DNA from: Pseudovirgaria hyperparasitica
Taxonomy: Eukaryota
Direction: 5' to 3' (one strand)
DNA: 64,000 nucleotides
Assembly: GCA_010093815.1 (NCBI GenBank)
Contig: ML996581.1
Shown: piece after piece, positions 1 to 13,048 of the stretch
Layout of the letters: each line of letters begins with the position of its first letter
How positions within the stretch are numbered: the first letter of the stretch is position 1
The notes under the pieces: generated by a model
The model's database searches: none
What the model was told of the DNA's origin: nothing
The model's input: the letters and a program-made list of their open reading frames with translations, nothing else
Position numbers and translations under genes: made by a program

Positions 1-2572
1 TGTGCCGTTTGCGAGGCCGCCTGCTTGCTCTTCCTGCACCAGGACATGCGGGCGCCACTTCTGCAGCACTTTAGCGGCGCGGGCCTTTGCGCCTTCGTAG
101 TTGCGGTATAAGTCCTCGATTGCGTCGATGCAGAGGTCGCGTACGGGCGGTCTGGTGATGATGCAGTATCTGTGATTTTACCAAAAGTCAGTCGCGGAAC
201 GAGGATTTGGTGAAATGTAGGGTAATAAGGAGAGAAAAAGAGAGAGAGAGGAGAGAGGAAAACGTACAGCAGTGAAGTCACAACCATGTCGACGCGCTCG
301 GGATCTCGGGCCAGGTCTTTGACGGCATCGATGACGTCCTTTTCCAGCCCGGGGATCTCGCCCATGAAGCGGATGAGCACGTTCTTGTCCTTTGCATCCA
401 GATACGGCAGGATGCCGTTGAGCAGCTTCATCGTCCAGGCGCGGTAGTTTCTCGACACCACCCTGCCCTCGTGCTTGTTGATCATGAAGTCGCCGTACCA
501 CTCCTCTGTCAGCCAGGCGATGGCGACGTCGATCCGTCGGCGGAAGTCTTCGACAACGTAGTGCCACAGATCGTCGCGGATCGAGTTCGAAATCGCCTCA
601 GGCGTCACGGAGGAGGGCTTCTTTTCTTCGCTTTTCACGGCGTTTGGTGCTGCGCTTATGCCGGCGCTTGCCCTTGTGGCCAGGCGGACGATGATTGTCA
701 CCCATGAATTCCGGTCGTAGCTGCTGGCCGCCAGCCTGTTGAAGCCTGCTTTCGGCGCAGTCTGGCGTGTGCTCGGGCTCGTGGAGCTCATCACGCCAAA
801 CAGGCGCTTCGCCGTTGCCTTGCACGTTTCAGCAAGCTGTAATTCAGAGAAAGGCTCGGGGGGAGGGAGTTTGAAGGTTCCTAGAGATATAGGAGCCTGG
901 TCTATACCTCTTTCTTCTGTAGTGTCAAGTCTGTTTGCAAGCTGCTCGGCATCCTCGGGCGGCTGGAAGTCGGGCTCGTATTCATCGTCATCTTCAGCCA
1001 TGGCCTGTTGTTTCGCCGCTTGGGCGGCCATTGCTTGCTGCCGTGACTTGCCCAGCTCTAGATATTTTGTGCGCACCAGGTTCAGTGCATTCTGAAGCAT
1101 GGTTTCGTCCACTGCTTGTAAGAGCGGAACAGTTATCCGCGCGACGGTGTCTTGAGGGATAGCTGTCACGTCGAAGGATTTGATGATGGGGTCTTTCGTT
1201 ATGCCGAAAAGCTGCGCATACGTCATGGTCGTCGGGATTGGGGTGATCTCAGGGGGTTTCGTATTTTCTGGAGCCAGCTTCTGTCTCTTGGTCTGGTCCA
1301 CACCATTAGTGGGCTCGACTGGCGCTGATCGCTTCCGAGTGCTCTCGAAGTACTCTATTCGTGCACGTTGCATCCGCTCAATGTATTGCTGTATTCGTGG
1401 GTTCATCGGATTCTCAGGGGATCTGAGACTAGTCAGCGGAAACATCCTGAACATGTAATCTTACACAAGTCATACTTCTTCATCGAGTTCACTAGGAGCG
1501 CCCTCGTTGTCTTCTCCACCGATTTGACCACCAGTTTGCTTCTCGACGTCACAGGGCCGCTCACAAGCTTGACCGGATGGAAGTTGAGCACCTGCGTTAT
1601 TATCTTGTTCGCAATCGATGCCCGACTTCGAATGAGGCTTCCTAAGCTATTCAGTGTTGCAGTCACAAGCAGTGGGTCACTACCAGCCGTCAGCGTCCGT
1701 TCTCTCCATGCTATTTGTCCAACAGACCTGATGTCTTCTTGTAGTGTGCCGAGCAACCGGTCAAGGAGACCGGAAGCCTCTGCTTCGAGGTTCGAGGGGA
1801 TCAATATTGGGTGGTCGCGAGGCACGAGCGCAAGGGAGATTTCGTTCAGGTCAGGCCGCTATATCCAAACGTCAGTCACCGTGGACGCTGGCGAGAGCTT
1901 GACTTGATTACGTACCCGGGGATCTTTTATCACGCCAGGCGTCTGTGTCTGAACAACTCGTTGCACGAACTTGATGCAGCATATCCGAACTCCAGGCATC
2001 GCGTTGTCCATCCTACGGAGGATGTTTGACTTGATTGCAGCTATTTTTTGCCATGTCGCTTCGTCCGATGGGTTCTTGATCCTGCATTGCACGCACACAT
2101 ATGAGATTCCATACTAAGAGCAGCGTTTTTTGGGGAGAAGTTTCGCTTGCGACAGGAGAATAGCACATGCAGATATGCAAGAAAGACCAGGTATCTACAT
2201 AAAAAGGAATAATGTTGACAGGACTAGTACTCACGTATGTCTCAAGACGTGCGGATATATGCTGGCCGCAGCCTGAACGGCACCTTTCAGCACATTCGTA
2301 TCCACGCCTGGGGAGTCCAGGAGCTCTTTGAGCCTATCTAAGACCTGAAGACTGAGTTCACGCTTCTGCTCTGCCCCGAGAATGGGCGACGCAAAAGTTT
2401 CCGCAATGAATTCTGCACCCCATCTCTGTAGTTCGATTGCAGCTTGAGGACCGGTGATGGGAATGATGGCAGGGAGGATCTGTGAGTAATAGTTCGGGTC
2501 ATTGAGCGCAATGGCGCGCGCAGAGTTCAGACTGGTGATGGTCTCGCTCGTCGAGCTGCCGGCAGGATTCAT
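1..2572 (-). CDS. PTA1: mRNA cleavage/polyadenylation factor subunit Pta1 (symplekin family); multi-exon, 3' end just beyond the left edge
   Basis: Exons read MNPAGSST...LQRWGAEFIAETFASP, KNPSDEATWQKIAAIKSNILRRMD...RICCIKFVQRVVQTQTPG, RDHPILIPSNLEAEASGLLDRLL and C-terminal IITRPPVRDLCIDAIEDLY...KVLQKW. GT-AG introns, e.g. 2234-2082. Confidence 0.88.
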
Positions 2573-2986
2573 AATGACCAAGTACAGGCGCTAGCCAGTT
2601 AAAACTGAGGTTGAGAGATTGTATCAATGGCCGGGTCGTCACGCGCGTAGCTAGACCACGCAAGATGAAGCTGTTCGTGAAGTTTGTAGATACCGACAAC
2701 ACAACCTCATCCTAATCTAATACAGCAGCGAAGTAAAGGAAGAAGGATTAGAATCGAAGCGTAAAGTAAAGCTATGTGATGACGAATGGGCGTTGCCACG
2801 AAGTAGAGAAGTTAATGATGAAGTTAATTGTAGCCCGATCCTAAGGCCTGGCCGTTCACGATACGCGTTCGCTGCCAAGCCGGGAATTCTTCGGCATATC
2901 ACCACGATCTCGAGGTCGCCGATCAAGGCAATTGATGAATGATTGAAGAATAGTCGATCTCTGGCGTCCGACGACATACCACCAGG

Positions 2987-3388
2987 ATGAGGCCCAGTCT
3001 ACCACTCAGAGTGTCAGTATCCCCTCGCGCTCTTTTCATGTATGACTGACAGCCCTGACCCCCGCTCAAAGGCTTCCCAAATCAAGCTACTATGACAAGC
3101 ACTACCGGCAGTCTCCCGCGATGATACGGGCGCGACAGACTTATCTGGTGCGCAACATCGTCTCTGGAGTCGGCCTGGGTATCTTTGTCATTGCTGTCTG
3201 TATGTGTGCTGACTTGAGCCTCACCGGATGAAGCTGACCAACGGATTATTGCAGATGCGTTCACGATCAAGGCCGTCTCGCAAGATGAATTTAGCGACGT
3301 CGTTGTACCTGAAAAGCCCCGGTCAGCGGCAGCTGCACCGCATTCGGAACCACCAAAGTCGATGGGCACTCAGACGGTCGCAAAATGA
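2987..3388 (+). CDS. COA3: Cytochrome c oxidase assembly factor 3 (Coa3/Cox25), 3 exons
   Basis: Spliced translation MRPSLPLRVLPKSSYYDKHYRQSPAMIRARQTYLVRNIVSGVGLGIFVIAVYAFTIKAVSQDEFSDVVVP...VAK*. Matches the Coa3 pattern (SPA.IRAR, single TM, QD.FSDV). Absent from the ORF track because of introns. Confidence 0.85.
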
Positions 3389-3755
3389 ACAAGAGGAGAT
3401 GCTCGAGGGATGTTAGTGACGGGGTAAATCGGCAACGTGTACATTATCATGAGACTAAGGAGTCGCATCTACCGGCGCATTGGCATAATCAACACCTTAA
3501 CAGTTGATAAGGATCAGAACATCCAGAAGGACATATTGTCAAACACACGTACCGCAGTACTAGGTCTTACAGCAGGACTAGTCTATTAAACTTTTATGTC
3601 TATGGAAGTAGTAGAAAAGAAACAAGAGTCTGCTGTAATCGAATACAGAGATTCAGCGATCTATAGTCATTTTCGTAGCCGATGGCCTTAACATCTGCAA
3701 AGTGTCTTTTTACGTTATGCATTAATAGAACAAGGTTGTGGTGTGAAGCCATGCC

Positions 3756-6703
3756 TCAGAGTCTCCGCATCTCAAAGTCGTTTGTGTCACTGCGGGCAAA
3801 TGAGCCATCTTGAGGACTTTGCTCAACCGACGCTCGGGGAAGGGGACTGTACGCGCCGCGGGTGGCATTGCCACTCGTGCTGTGTACTGCAGTTGGACCC
3901 ACGGTACCAGTCCGCGGATCTAATCGTTCGTGTGGAGGAGAAGCGCCCTCTGGAATGTTCGTCATTCCAGTTTCCTCATCGCGTGCAGCTCTGCTACGAC
4001 CGAAGAACCTGTTACGGTGGCTCAAGCGAGAGTCGTTGTCCGTCGACACACGAGCTAGATTGCCTGGCCTAGCACCATGCGAGACTGAAGAGGAGCGACC
4101 GATATCATGGGAGCCACGCTCATGAGACTCACGAGATGGCGAAAGACTTTGAGGAAGCCTAGATTTCGAGCGATCCTCGTAGACATCGCCGTACATGTCA
4201 CCGGACGAGACATCCTTCATGCCAAGTGAGAAGTCGACGCGTCTGCCCATCGCCGCAAGGGACTCGCCACGAGGGCGACCAGCTTGTCGCAAGACCGATG
4301 CATGGCGATTGAGACCAGCCTGGCCAGTCTGGCTCTGAGTGTCGGAAGGCGGAGCGACAAATGGGGGGTTCTGATCATCAGTGCTGGTATGGTGGTGACC
4401 CTGAGGCATATCTGGATTGCCACCGTGTCCCATGCCGGGCGTCGCCATGTGTGGGACATTTTGCAGATAGACCGGGAAGGATTCCTTTTGACCAGGGAAA
4501 CGCATGCGTGGGCCCTCAATACCACACTCTTGCATGGTGACCATCATCGCACAGATGAACTTGTTGCGGCGCTGAAGACGGAGTAGCTCGTTTTGCCAGT
4601 TCGACTTGTAGAAGAAGACGATGTTGAGAGTGAGCGAATGGGCCTCTTTCACCTCTCTCAATTCCGTCAAAATGTTCGACTGATATTCGCGCTTCTCGTT
4701 TCGAACGAATTCCAACAGGCGATTCCGGAGAGTCTCGATCTGTTCGAGAGTGGTACCGAATTTGATAACCACGGGTATAGCCTCGGCGAGACCGCCGGAA
4801 CGACGCTGATTAAGAATGAACAGAGTGTTGAGGTAACTGTTCGGAGCTTGTACGACATGACCCTCCATTTTTTTAAACTCCGTATAGAGTAGAGCGATTT
4901 CCTTGACGAAGTAGTCATCTCCCAGACCAGTGGCACCGGTATTTCCATAGATGCTGACACGATCGCCAACGTCAAAGGGGTGTTTGACGAAGACGAAGAT
5001 GATGGACTGTAAGAATTCCTGTGCCGTGACCGAGAATAGCCACGACAAGGCCAGTACTGCAGAGCCCGCAGAGGTAAGTACACCTGCGGCGGATGTGGAT
5101 ATCAAGGAGATGAAGACCAGAATAGTGATGACAGCGACGAGGAACATGAAGACGTCGTCGAGTTTACTGACAACCGAGTCGAGGTCCTTCAAAGAAGCGG
5201 TGATGGACTTGCGCTCGCGGCCAATCTCTACGCAAACAGCCTCTAGCTCCTCCATGGAAATGTCACCGTTCATATCCTTGTCGAACATGGAAAAGGCTGC
5301 ATCTGCCTCGTCATCGTTCTCAAAGGCGCCTTTGAGGTCGTCCGAGTAGACCGTCTCAGTCTCAGGGCGTGCGAATGTCCGGTAAAGTCGTCTTGCCAAG
5401 ACTTGACTTCCTCCTGTTGTGCTGAGGAGTGCAAGAACGACCTGATGAGGGTGCGTACTCTTGACCACTTGTTTGCCCGTGAAGTCGCCAGCGATTTTGC
5501 CAGCAACATCACCGAATTTTCCTATGGCCTGTTTGGTGGTTTTCTTGGCATCATCAACCAGGCGCCCAGGAGTACGGGCACCGGAAGGAGCATGATTTTC
5601 TTCGAATTCCGAATCTTCCATTGCAATCTTCTCCTTGGAGAACTTGTAGAGTTTTGCCAGGCTGCCAATCTGGAACTTGTTGATCTCGATTCTGTCGGCA
5701 TATGTCCGCAAGTGGAAGCTAATGGCAATCAATTGAATAATGATCTTCTCCACGAAGTTGAGAATGACGCCCACGAATATGGAGACGATGACCTTGTTCA
5801 TTGTTTTGCGCCAATTGCCGCGTGGCGTGCACCGCGAGTGGCTATCCATGGTCGGCAGAAACGAGACTTCGATGGCAAGCCACCAGAAGAACAAAGTTGC
5901 AGGGAGCTCCAATTGCTTTCCCATGTCTCTCCACTTCTTGCCATTGTTGGTGAAAAGGCTGGAGATTAATCCAATGGGCCAGGGCAAGCATTTTGCCACA
6001 ATCTGTTGTGATGATTAGTTTGTGGGTGTTGGAGGTCGAGTGGTACACTTACTCGTCCTGCCCAGAGGGTAAGCCAAACTATTTCCAACCAAATGCCGAA
6101 CCACTTGAGTTCGACGCAGCCAACGGTTGCATCGGGAAATAGATAGAAGCCAAACAGGACGGGGATGAGAAGAAGGGCAGCTAAAGGAAGGATGTAGAAG
6201 AAGTAGCGAACGATGAAGACTGAGCTATGAATTTTCTTGAAGAGCTTTGAAAGATTCGTGGATGGGTTCTCTGGTGGTTTGTATATGGCAGTGCGTTCGT
6301 GTAGTGGGTTGGTGGCAGCATCGAACTCGTCAATTGGATCTTCGCGACGTGAACGAGTCCTACGCACGGATTTTGAATGCTCCCGATCGAGGTCGTTGTC
6401 TGCTCTTGAGATCTGCCTTTCGATCTCAAGCATGGCCAGATCATCGCCCAGCCGTTTCTCTTGCTCCCGGTTCTGTGATGGGGAAGCCATGGATGTGAAA
6501 TCGCCTTCGTAATCGTGCTCGGTTTGTACGGTGAGATGGCTGGCGGCTCTAGCTCGAGCATGGTGAGCAGGGGCAGGATCTAGGTTCGGTCGTGAAGACT
6601 CTTCAGTGCCAACGAAGGTTCCGTCATCATCGTCGGACGAGCGACGGCCAGTCAAGTTTTGGTTGTATTGTGGCTCACCACGCTCGTTTATGGGGGTGCT
6701 CAT
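3756..6703 (-). CDS. MscS-like mechanosensitive ion channel with EF-hand (Msy1/Msy2 type), 2 exons
   Basis: ORFs 5966-6703 and 3756-5999 joined by intron 6052-6003. EF-hand [13 protein letters not shown], MscS core [12 protein letters not shown]...VQAPNSYL, several TM segments. Confidence 0.92.
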
Positions 6704-7175
6704 GGTGATGAATGACGTCGACGAGGCTTAGTGACAGACGCGAGATTTCGGAGTAAAGCAGGTGCGGCAGTTCGGAGAGAACAGGAGGTATGCCGGCACA
6801 AGATTGATGCAGGCGAAGTATGAAGGCAAACAAGCGAAGGGCAGCGTCACGTACGTATGAATGGACGAGACAGAGGAGAAGAATGGAGACGGGCGACGAG
6901 AATTAAGGAAACGAAAAGTACAACATGGCAGAGTGCGTGGGGCAAAGACTGATGCTTTTGAATGCTGCGGCACCGTCAATGAATGGAAGAAGAAGATGGA
7001 GACACGTCGGACGAAAGAGTAGCACTGAAGCTGCATGGGAGGTGGGTCAACAAGTAACAAGTGAAGCCATGATGGAAGGTCAGTGGCCAATTATAGCGAC
7101 GGGATTTGCTGGTTCGGGGATTGCGAGCCAATCAGAGACAGGCATCGGCACGAATTCGCCAGAATTCGAGACGAG

Positions 7176-7210
7176 TAGGGATGATTAGGGGCGATTAGGG
7201 GCGATTAGGG
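7176..7210 (+). repeat. 10-bp tandem repeat with TTAGGG core
   Basis: TAGGG ATGATTAGGG GCGATTAGGG GCGATTAGGG. Confidence 0.8.
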
Positions 7211-8996
7211 AAGATACGCATTGACTGTAATAGCCACAAGGCATCGGCAGTGTGAATATGATACTGACGAGACTGTATTGGCTGGGATCGCACTGCAGCA
7301 GACATGGATATTGAAATGCGGTGCCTGCATATAATTAGTGGTGAGAGAGTGCATCATCGCTTGTTGGCAGCAGCCCTGCGCAGACGAGGAGTGAGTGAGG
7401 ATTGAGGATTGAAAATTGAGGATCGAGGATCGAGGATTGAATGGTGGTGGGCGACGTCGGTGGCGTCTGACGATCGCGCGCAGTCTTCTTCCTCCCTACG
7501 TAGCGAATTCCCTAATTAGTATGGTTGGGTAGACTGAGACTGAGATAGCTGCGGCAAAAAGGCCAAGAGCCAAGAGCCAACCTGAGCAAACAGTGAAAAG
7601 TCCCACATTCCAATATTTCCTAGATACAGGAATTAATTAGAGCCTTTTGCTGCATTGCTTGACGCGTCAGATCGCAAACGACATTGACGTAATATACAGT
7701 ATCACTCACTGCTGAACATACGCTTTACATCCGTCCGTCATCTACAACAACCTCAGGCAAATTACAGCGCTTCCGTTGTGGCGTAGATAATCATCCTCAC
7801 ATCGACTACCAGGAATTGACACTCACGTATCGAGTGACGTTATCCACCATACATTCGACTGACTCGTCACTTTTGTCTTCTGAGCGATTGAAATGTCCAT
7901 TCGGAGAGATCACTGACAAAGGCTCGTCCGTCTGATGCGTCCGTCCTTTGGCGGCTTCGGCTTCGGCTTCACCTCATACAGCCATACTGATCACGTGTAC
8001 GGTCCCACACAGTTACTTCTAGGAAGTGCTCGAAAAAATGATGGAAAACCACCGAAACACTATTTTTTGGTCATCTTCTGATCTGACGACACTCTCGATT
8101 CCTAGCTTGGTGAACAAAGAGAATAGACGAGACCTGCAGCAAAAGGAACATCGACTGATCTACACACCTGCAGCTGTCTCCATGACTATGGACGAGAGAG
8201 TATCCACAACACCACCACACATTATCCTTGCTGCATATAAGGCTGCTCGAGCCGCTTAATACTGCATGATGCTGTTGACCCCGGCCATCACATGATGCGA
8301 CCAACCCGAATCGGAGACGCGTGTACCATGACCACAATGTCTCTATCACGACCATTACGTCGCCGCCTACGGCTTTTGTAAACTGGTAGGATACCCACTT
8401 GGCCTTGTATTTCAAAGAGGGGGTTCTCCACTATGCAGCCGCCAGCGCGCCGCTCAGTACCAGACATCGTGCTTGACGGGGTGTCGAACAACACGGTGAT
8501 GGCTTCGTACCCTATTCACATGCGTATTGATTTTTCGGAGAATATGTCATGGTCAGACTCAGTGGGCAAACCAACTTTCCCTGGTGTCTGCTTCAAACCT
8601 TCAACACAAGAATTGTGATTGGCGTATCGGAGCGCTTCCAGCTATGAGCAGTTGACGGTGCCGGAGAGATAGAGAAGCTCTTGCTTTTCATGCCAAGGAA
8701 GAGCGTCTAGAGTGAGGACGGGCTTGACCTCGCATTAGATATCGCGCCATCAATCTATCTACATCTGACAGCTGTCGTGGCTATAGGCTCGAACAGATCG
8801 TGGGACCTGGTCGGAACTTGAAAGAGGGGAACAACGGATGCAGTCGATTCCGCCAACTTTGGATCGTTGTACTAGGTCTTTGACTCTTTGTCTACATCGG
8901 ACCGTATGCTGGGACGTTGTCCTACCTTTCTTCTGCAAGACTCTGACTCCCTTCGCTACACGTCCCGAAAAAAAACTTCAGATCATCACTTCCACC

Positions 8997-9380
8997 ATGG
9001 TCTGCAAGGTACGCGAATCCTCGCTTGCAGTTCCATCTGCAGCCTTACTCATATTAATTATCCTTGGGCAGCTTAATTAAACAAAGAACCAGTCAACCAA
9101 CCCTGTGGAGATCTGTTGATCCTACGCGAAAGGGTGGTCAACGAACGGCAAAGTCTAGATCGAAGAGGCTCTGATAGGTGAGGGTCCGGCCGACGCCCAG
9201 ACAGCCACTGTGGCTTGCCCCTCATGCAGCACTCAACACCATTGGTCTCTCACGCCCTTTACAGCGCCCACGATACCTCATGCAGATTGTGCCTCGGACA
9301 AGCCGGCCGCCCGTGGCTTTGGTGACACGGCATTCGTAAACTGGGATTACCAGCCCTGTGGCTGCGTGGCTAGAGAGTAG
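8997..9380 (+). pseudogene. Possible decayed gene or micro-ORF (MVCK|LN*), frame continues through further stops
   Basis: CACCATGG start context, candidate intron 9009-9071, in-frame stops at 9078, 9117 and 9156, then 73 open codons to TAG 9378-9380. Confidence 0.25.
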
Positions 9381-10133
9381 CGGTGCCGTTTTCGTGTCAC
9401 TGATTCGATGTCAGGGCCGAGATGGGATGGCTCGAGACATCTGGCGCTGCTGTGCGCGTGCGATAGGGTCGAGGGAAAGCCACGAGGCCAGACGTCCTTG
9501 TTAAGCTGCAGGAGTCTGGAGGGTTTGACTGTCTGTTTGCGCGCTCATCTAGATGGTGTCCGCCTCGGAGGATCAATACAGCAGGTCCAATGTCGGATTG
9601 TGCGCCGAGCTGAAGTCTTTAGCTCCAACATCTCCGCTTCTGGACCATGGTTGCGACAAATTAGACACCTATATAGGGCAGAGCTCGTCCACGGCCGGAA
9701 AGGGTGGAGGCAAGTGTACCAGCAATCGCAAACCACACCATTGCAGGCTATCGCAGGCTATCACTCTTCTTATCAGAACCACTGATCTGCTTTGGTACAT
9801 AAAGTCGTGCATCCGTCGGATATTAATGAGAGGCGGATTTCGATTCGTGCACTCATAACACAGCAACGAAGAGTTGCCCTGGTTGCCAACTTCAAAGTCC
9901 CGGGCCGTGGGCTTCGACAACCATTAATATCACTCTTACGTCCGCGTCAAAGACTACTCCTTAGTACCGTCAAAGTCACCTGCGAGGACTCCATCAGCAG
10001 GTCGACCACGAGTCAAGACGCGAAACTTTAGCAGACCGTCAACACCAACGCACTCGGAGCATATCTCCTCAGGACATTCCCAAAAGTAAACACTACCTCG
10101 CAAACGCACAACACTATCAACATCATCATCACC

Positions 10134-10844
10134 ATGAACTCCGCACACTACACCGGGCCCGCCCACCACACATACATCAGCAACCGCTTCCGCCGCTTCA
10201 ACAACGCCATGTTCGTCCAACAAGCCGCCTCGCCCCCGGACACCCGTCCTCCATCCCGCGACTCCTCTGCCCGCGCCGAATCCGACGACGCCGTCGCCGC
10301 CCTCCACCGGTTCTCAACCGTCTCCTCCTCCTCCCGCCTCTCCAGACGCTCCTCCATCCGCGCCTCCTGGTCCTCCTTCCGCAGCTCCCTCAAACCCACC
10401 CCTTCATCCCCACGCGTCCCCAAACAAACACACATCGTCGAGCCCCGGCCCGCACCCCAACGGCCCCGCCGCGCCCCCTCGCCCTCCTCCGTCTACTCGC
10501 GCGCCAGCACAAACTCCTCGGTCAAATTCCTCGCCGTGCCCGTCTCTCCCACCACGCCCTTGCCGCTGCAGCGCACCAGCGTGCCCAGCACCGCCTACGT
10601 CGAGCTGCCGACTGATGACCCAGACGCCGACCTTCCTCGCGTCGTAAGGAGCAGTGCGGGCCCCCGCGCTCGCAGCGACGTCATGAGCATGTACGAGGTT
10701 GCTGAGGCCGGGTACTGGGCGCGCAAGGACGAGGTGACGGCGTTGCAGCGGAGGCGGCGCGGCGTGAGCAGCGTGGGCAGTCTGGGCAGTCTGGGCTCGC
10801 GCGGGAGTAGTGCGTATTCGTCTGCGCCGCCGAGTCCGACGTGA
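10134..10844 (+). CDS. Hypothetical Ser/Pro/Arg-rich, likely disordered protein (236 aa)
   Basis: ATG in strong CATCACCATG context, strong C-ending codon bias, intact ORF. No family recognised. Confidence 0.65.
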   Translation: MNSAHYTGPAHHTYISNRFRRFNNAMFVQQAASPPDTRPPSRDSSARAESDDAVAALHRFSTVSSSSRLSRRSSIRASWSSFRSSLKPTPSSPRVPKQTHIVEPRPAPQRPRRAPSPSSVYSRASTNSSVKFLAVPVSPTTPLPLQRTSVPSTAYVELPTDDPDADLPRVVRSSAGPRARSDVMSMYEVAEAGYWARKDEVTALQRRRRGVSSVGSLGSLGSRGSSAYSSAPPSPT

Positions 10845-11702
10845 GTTGTTGTTTTCGTTGTGGGATGCGACTTTTTGGGATGGTCACCTTGGGGGGGAAG
10901 GCCACCTCGGTCGACTGGACTAAAGCTACAGGCTCGGAGGAAAAAGGCCAAATGGGGTGGAGGATGTGCGGGATACCCAGACAGACGGACGGATGGACAG
11001 ATGGACAGACATTCATTTTAGCCATTTATTCACTTTACTTATTTACTGATCAACCCATCTGCTCATTTATTCACATATGTATGTACGTATTCCACGCATC
11101 CCATGTATACTCATGTATTTATATAGTCACAACGACATATATCAAACGCCATAAACAGCGTTCATCCTCTCTTTTGTCATTTTCGCTAGCATTTTTTCTT
11201 AACAAAAATTTTGGGTGTTTCGCTTGAGTGTGTTGGATATAATGGGATATGGACACGGATTATGAATGCTCGGCATGGGTTTTGAGTGGTCCGTAGGTCG
11301 GCCAGTCGGTCGGTCCGCAGGTCAGTTATGTCATGATTGATAAAATTATTATTTGTTTATCATAAATTTCTGGGAATGCCGGGGGTTAGTACTTACTATA
11401 TTATTGTATGGACTTGGATGTTACGAGGACTGTTCTTCTCCTTCTTTACTTACTCTTTTTTACTATCTTAAAAATAATATATCTTCTATATCTTCTATAA
11501 TCTCCTATGACAAAAGAAATTACCCGTACGAGTCGCTCGCTGAAGGGTGTGTGGAATGGGATATTTATATATATATATATATAGAGGAGACGTAGAAGAG
11601 AAACGTAGCGCGGGATAGAAAGTTAAAAGAGACGTGGTTACTATACTTGCAGGGAGTGGTGGACTAGACTAGACGGACTGGGTGTGCTGGACTAGACTGG
11701 GT

Positions 11703-11900
11703 GTATGTATGTATGTATGTATGTATGTATGTATGTATGTATGTATGTATGTATGTATGTATGTATGTATGTATGTATGTATGTATGTATGTATGTNNNN
11801 NNNNNNTGTATGTATGTATGTATGTATGTATGTATGTATGTATGTATGTATGTATGTATGTATGTATGTATGTATGTATGTATGTATGTATGTATGTATG
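11703..11900. repeat. (GTAT)n microsatellite containing a 10-N gap (11797-11806)
   Basis: Direct tetranucleotide repeat. Confidence 0.98.
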
Positions 11901-12204
11901 TCTGTCTGTTTGTATACAAGTTCGCACGAGAGCAGTCCAGTGAAGCCTACTCCACATATAACGTCTGCATGCGTATATACATGTATATAAAGCAATACAA
12001 ATACATGAGTATACATATCAAACTAAGGTAAGTCCCAAGTCCCAAGTCCCAGCCCCTGATCCCAACCATAAACACAACATAAACACAACATAAACACAAC
12101 ATATTATAAATACAAGAAACCAAAGGTTAAGACGAAGGAACCAAAGCATAGCTATATAACAAACCAAAGCATAAAAAGCCAAGCATAAGAAACCAAGCAC
12201 AAGC

Positions 12205-12260
12205 AGAAGAAGAAGAAGAAGAAGAAGAAGAAGAAGAAGAAGAAGAAGAAGAAGAAGAAG
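12205..12260. repeat. (GAA)n microsatellite
   Basis: Direct trinucleotide repeat. Confidence 0.97.
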
Positions 12261-12390
12261 AGAGGTAACGCCAATCGTCCGTCATCGTGTGAACTTGTCT
12301 TTCTTTTCTTCTTTCTGCAACCATTAAAAAACACGTAAACTGTACGTGAGGTAGTATATGTATTTAGATGTGTATAGTGGTATAGTAGAA

Positions 12391-12538
12391 TAGTAGGATA
12401 GTAGGATAGTAGGATAGTAGGATAGTAGGATAGTAGGATAGTAGGATAGTAGGATAGTANNNNNNNNNNATAGTAGGATAGTAGGATAGTAGGATAGTAG
12501 GATAGTAGGATAGTAGGATAGTAGGATAGTAGGATAGT
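12391..12538. repeat. (TAGTAGGA)n 8-bp tandem repeat containing a 10-N gap (12460-12469)
   Basis: Direct octamer repeat. Confidence 0.97.
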
Positions 12539-13048
12539 ATGGAGAACTAAGGGAGGGTTTTGGGAGGGGAGATAGAATGATAATCTAATAGATAGAAGAG
12601 GAAGGAAGGAAGGAAGGAGGTAACGTTTAAGGAAGGAAGGAAGGAAGGAAGGAATCCATATCAAACCATGGCATAGCGCTATACTATATATATACACACG
12701 TACAAGTATGCATAAAACACACACACACACGCATACATCATGGTACAGAGTATACAAGCACGCACATAGCAACAACGCACAAGCAGCGTACAGCAGAACG
12801 CATTCCCACGCTCACTCTCATGCTCATTCAATTCATTACTCACACCCCTCCCTCCTTTTCACATTTAATTCCCCTTGTTGGAACAGCCAAGAAGTCTCTC
12901 CTCTCCCTTTTTTTTATACAGGTATAGACAAGTCACTCAGTCAGTTCGTCATTGAAAAGCCCCTCCCGCACCTTCCCCGTTTTTATTCACCTCTACACAT
13001 CCATCACAACCCCCGCCCCCCAACCCATTACGATCACGGCTTGGTATA

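Noticed and set aside
8026..8618. Short protein-like ORF fragments and a 16/18-nt match between about 8369 and about 9327
   Set aside because: No recognisable family; the match is marginal and could be chance.
7600..9900. Telomerase RNA, RNase P/MRP, SRP, U3 or group I intron in this intergenic region
   Set aside because: No TAACCCTAA-type template and no hallmark conserved motif of these RNAs found by eye.
11664..12775. ORFs of repeating YIHT/MYVC, LSYYPTIL and poly-S/F
   Set aside because: Translations of microsatellites, several running through N gaps.
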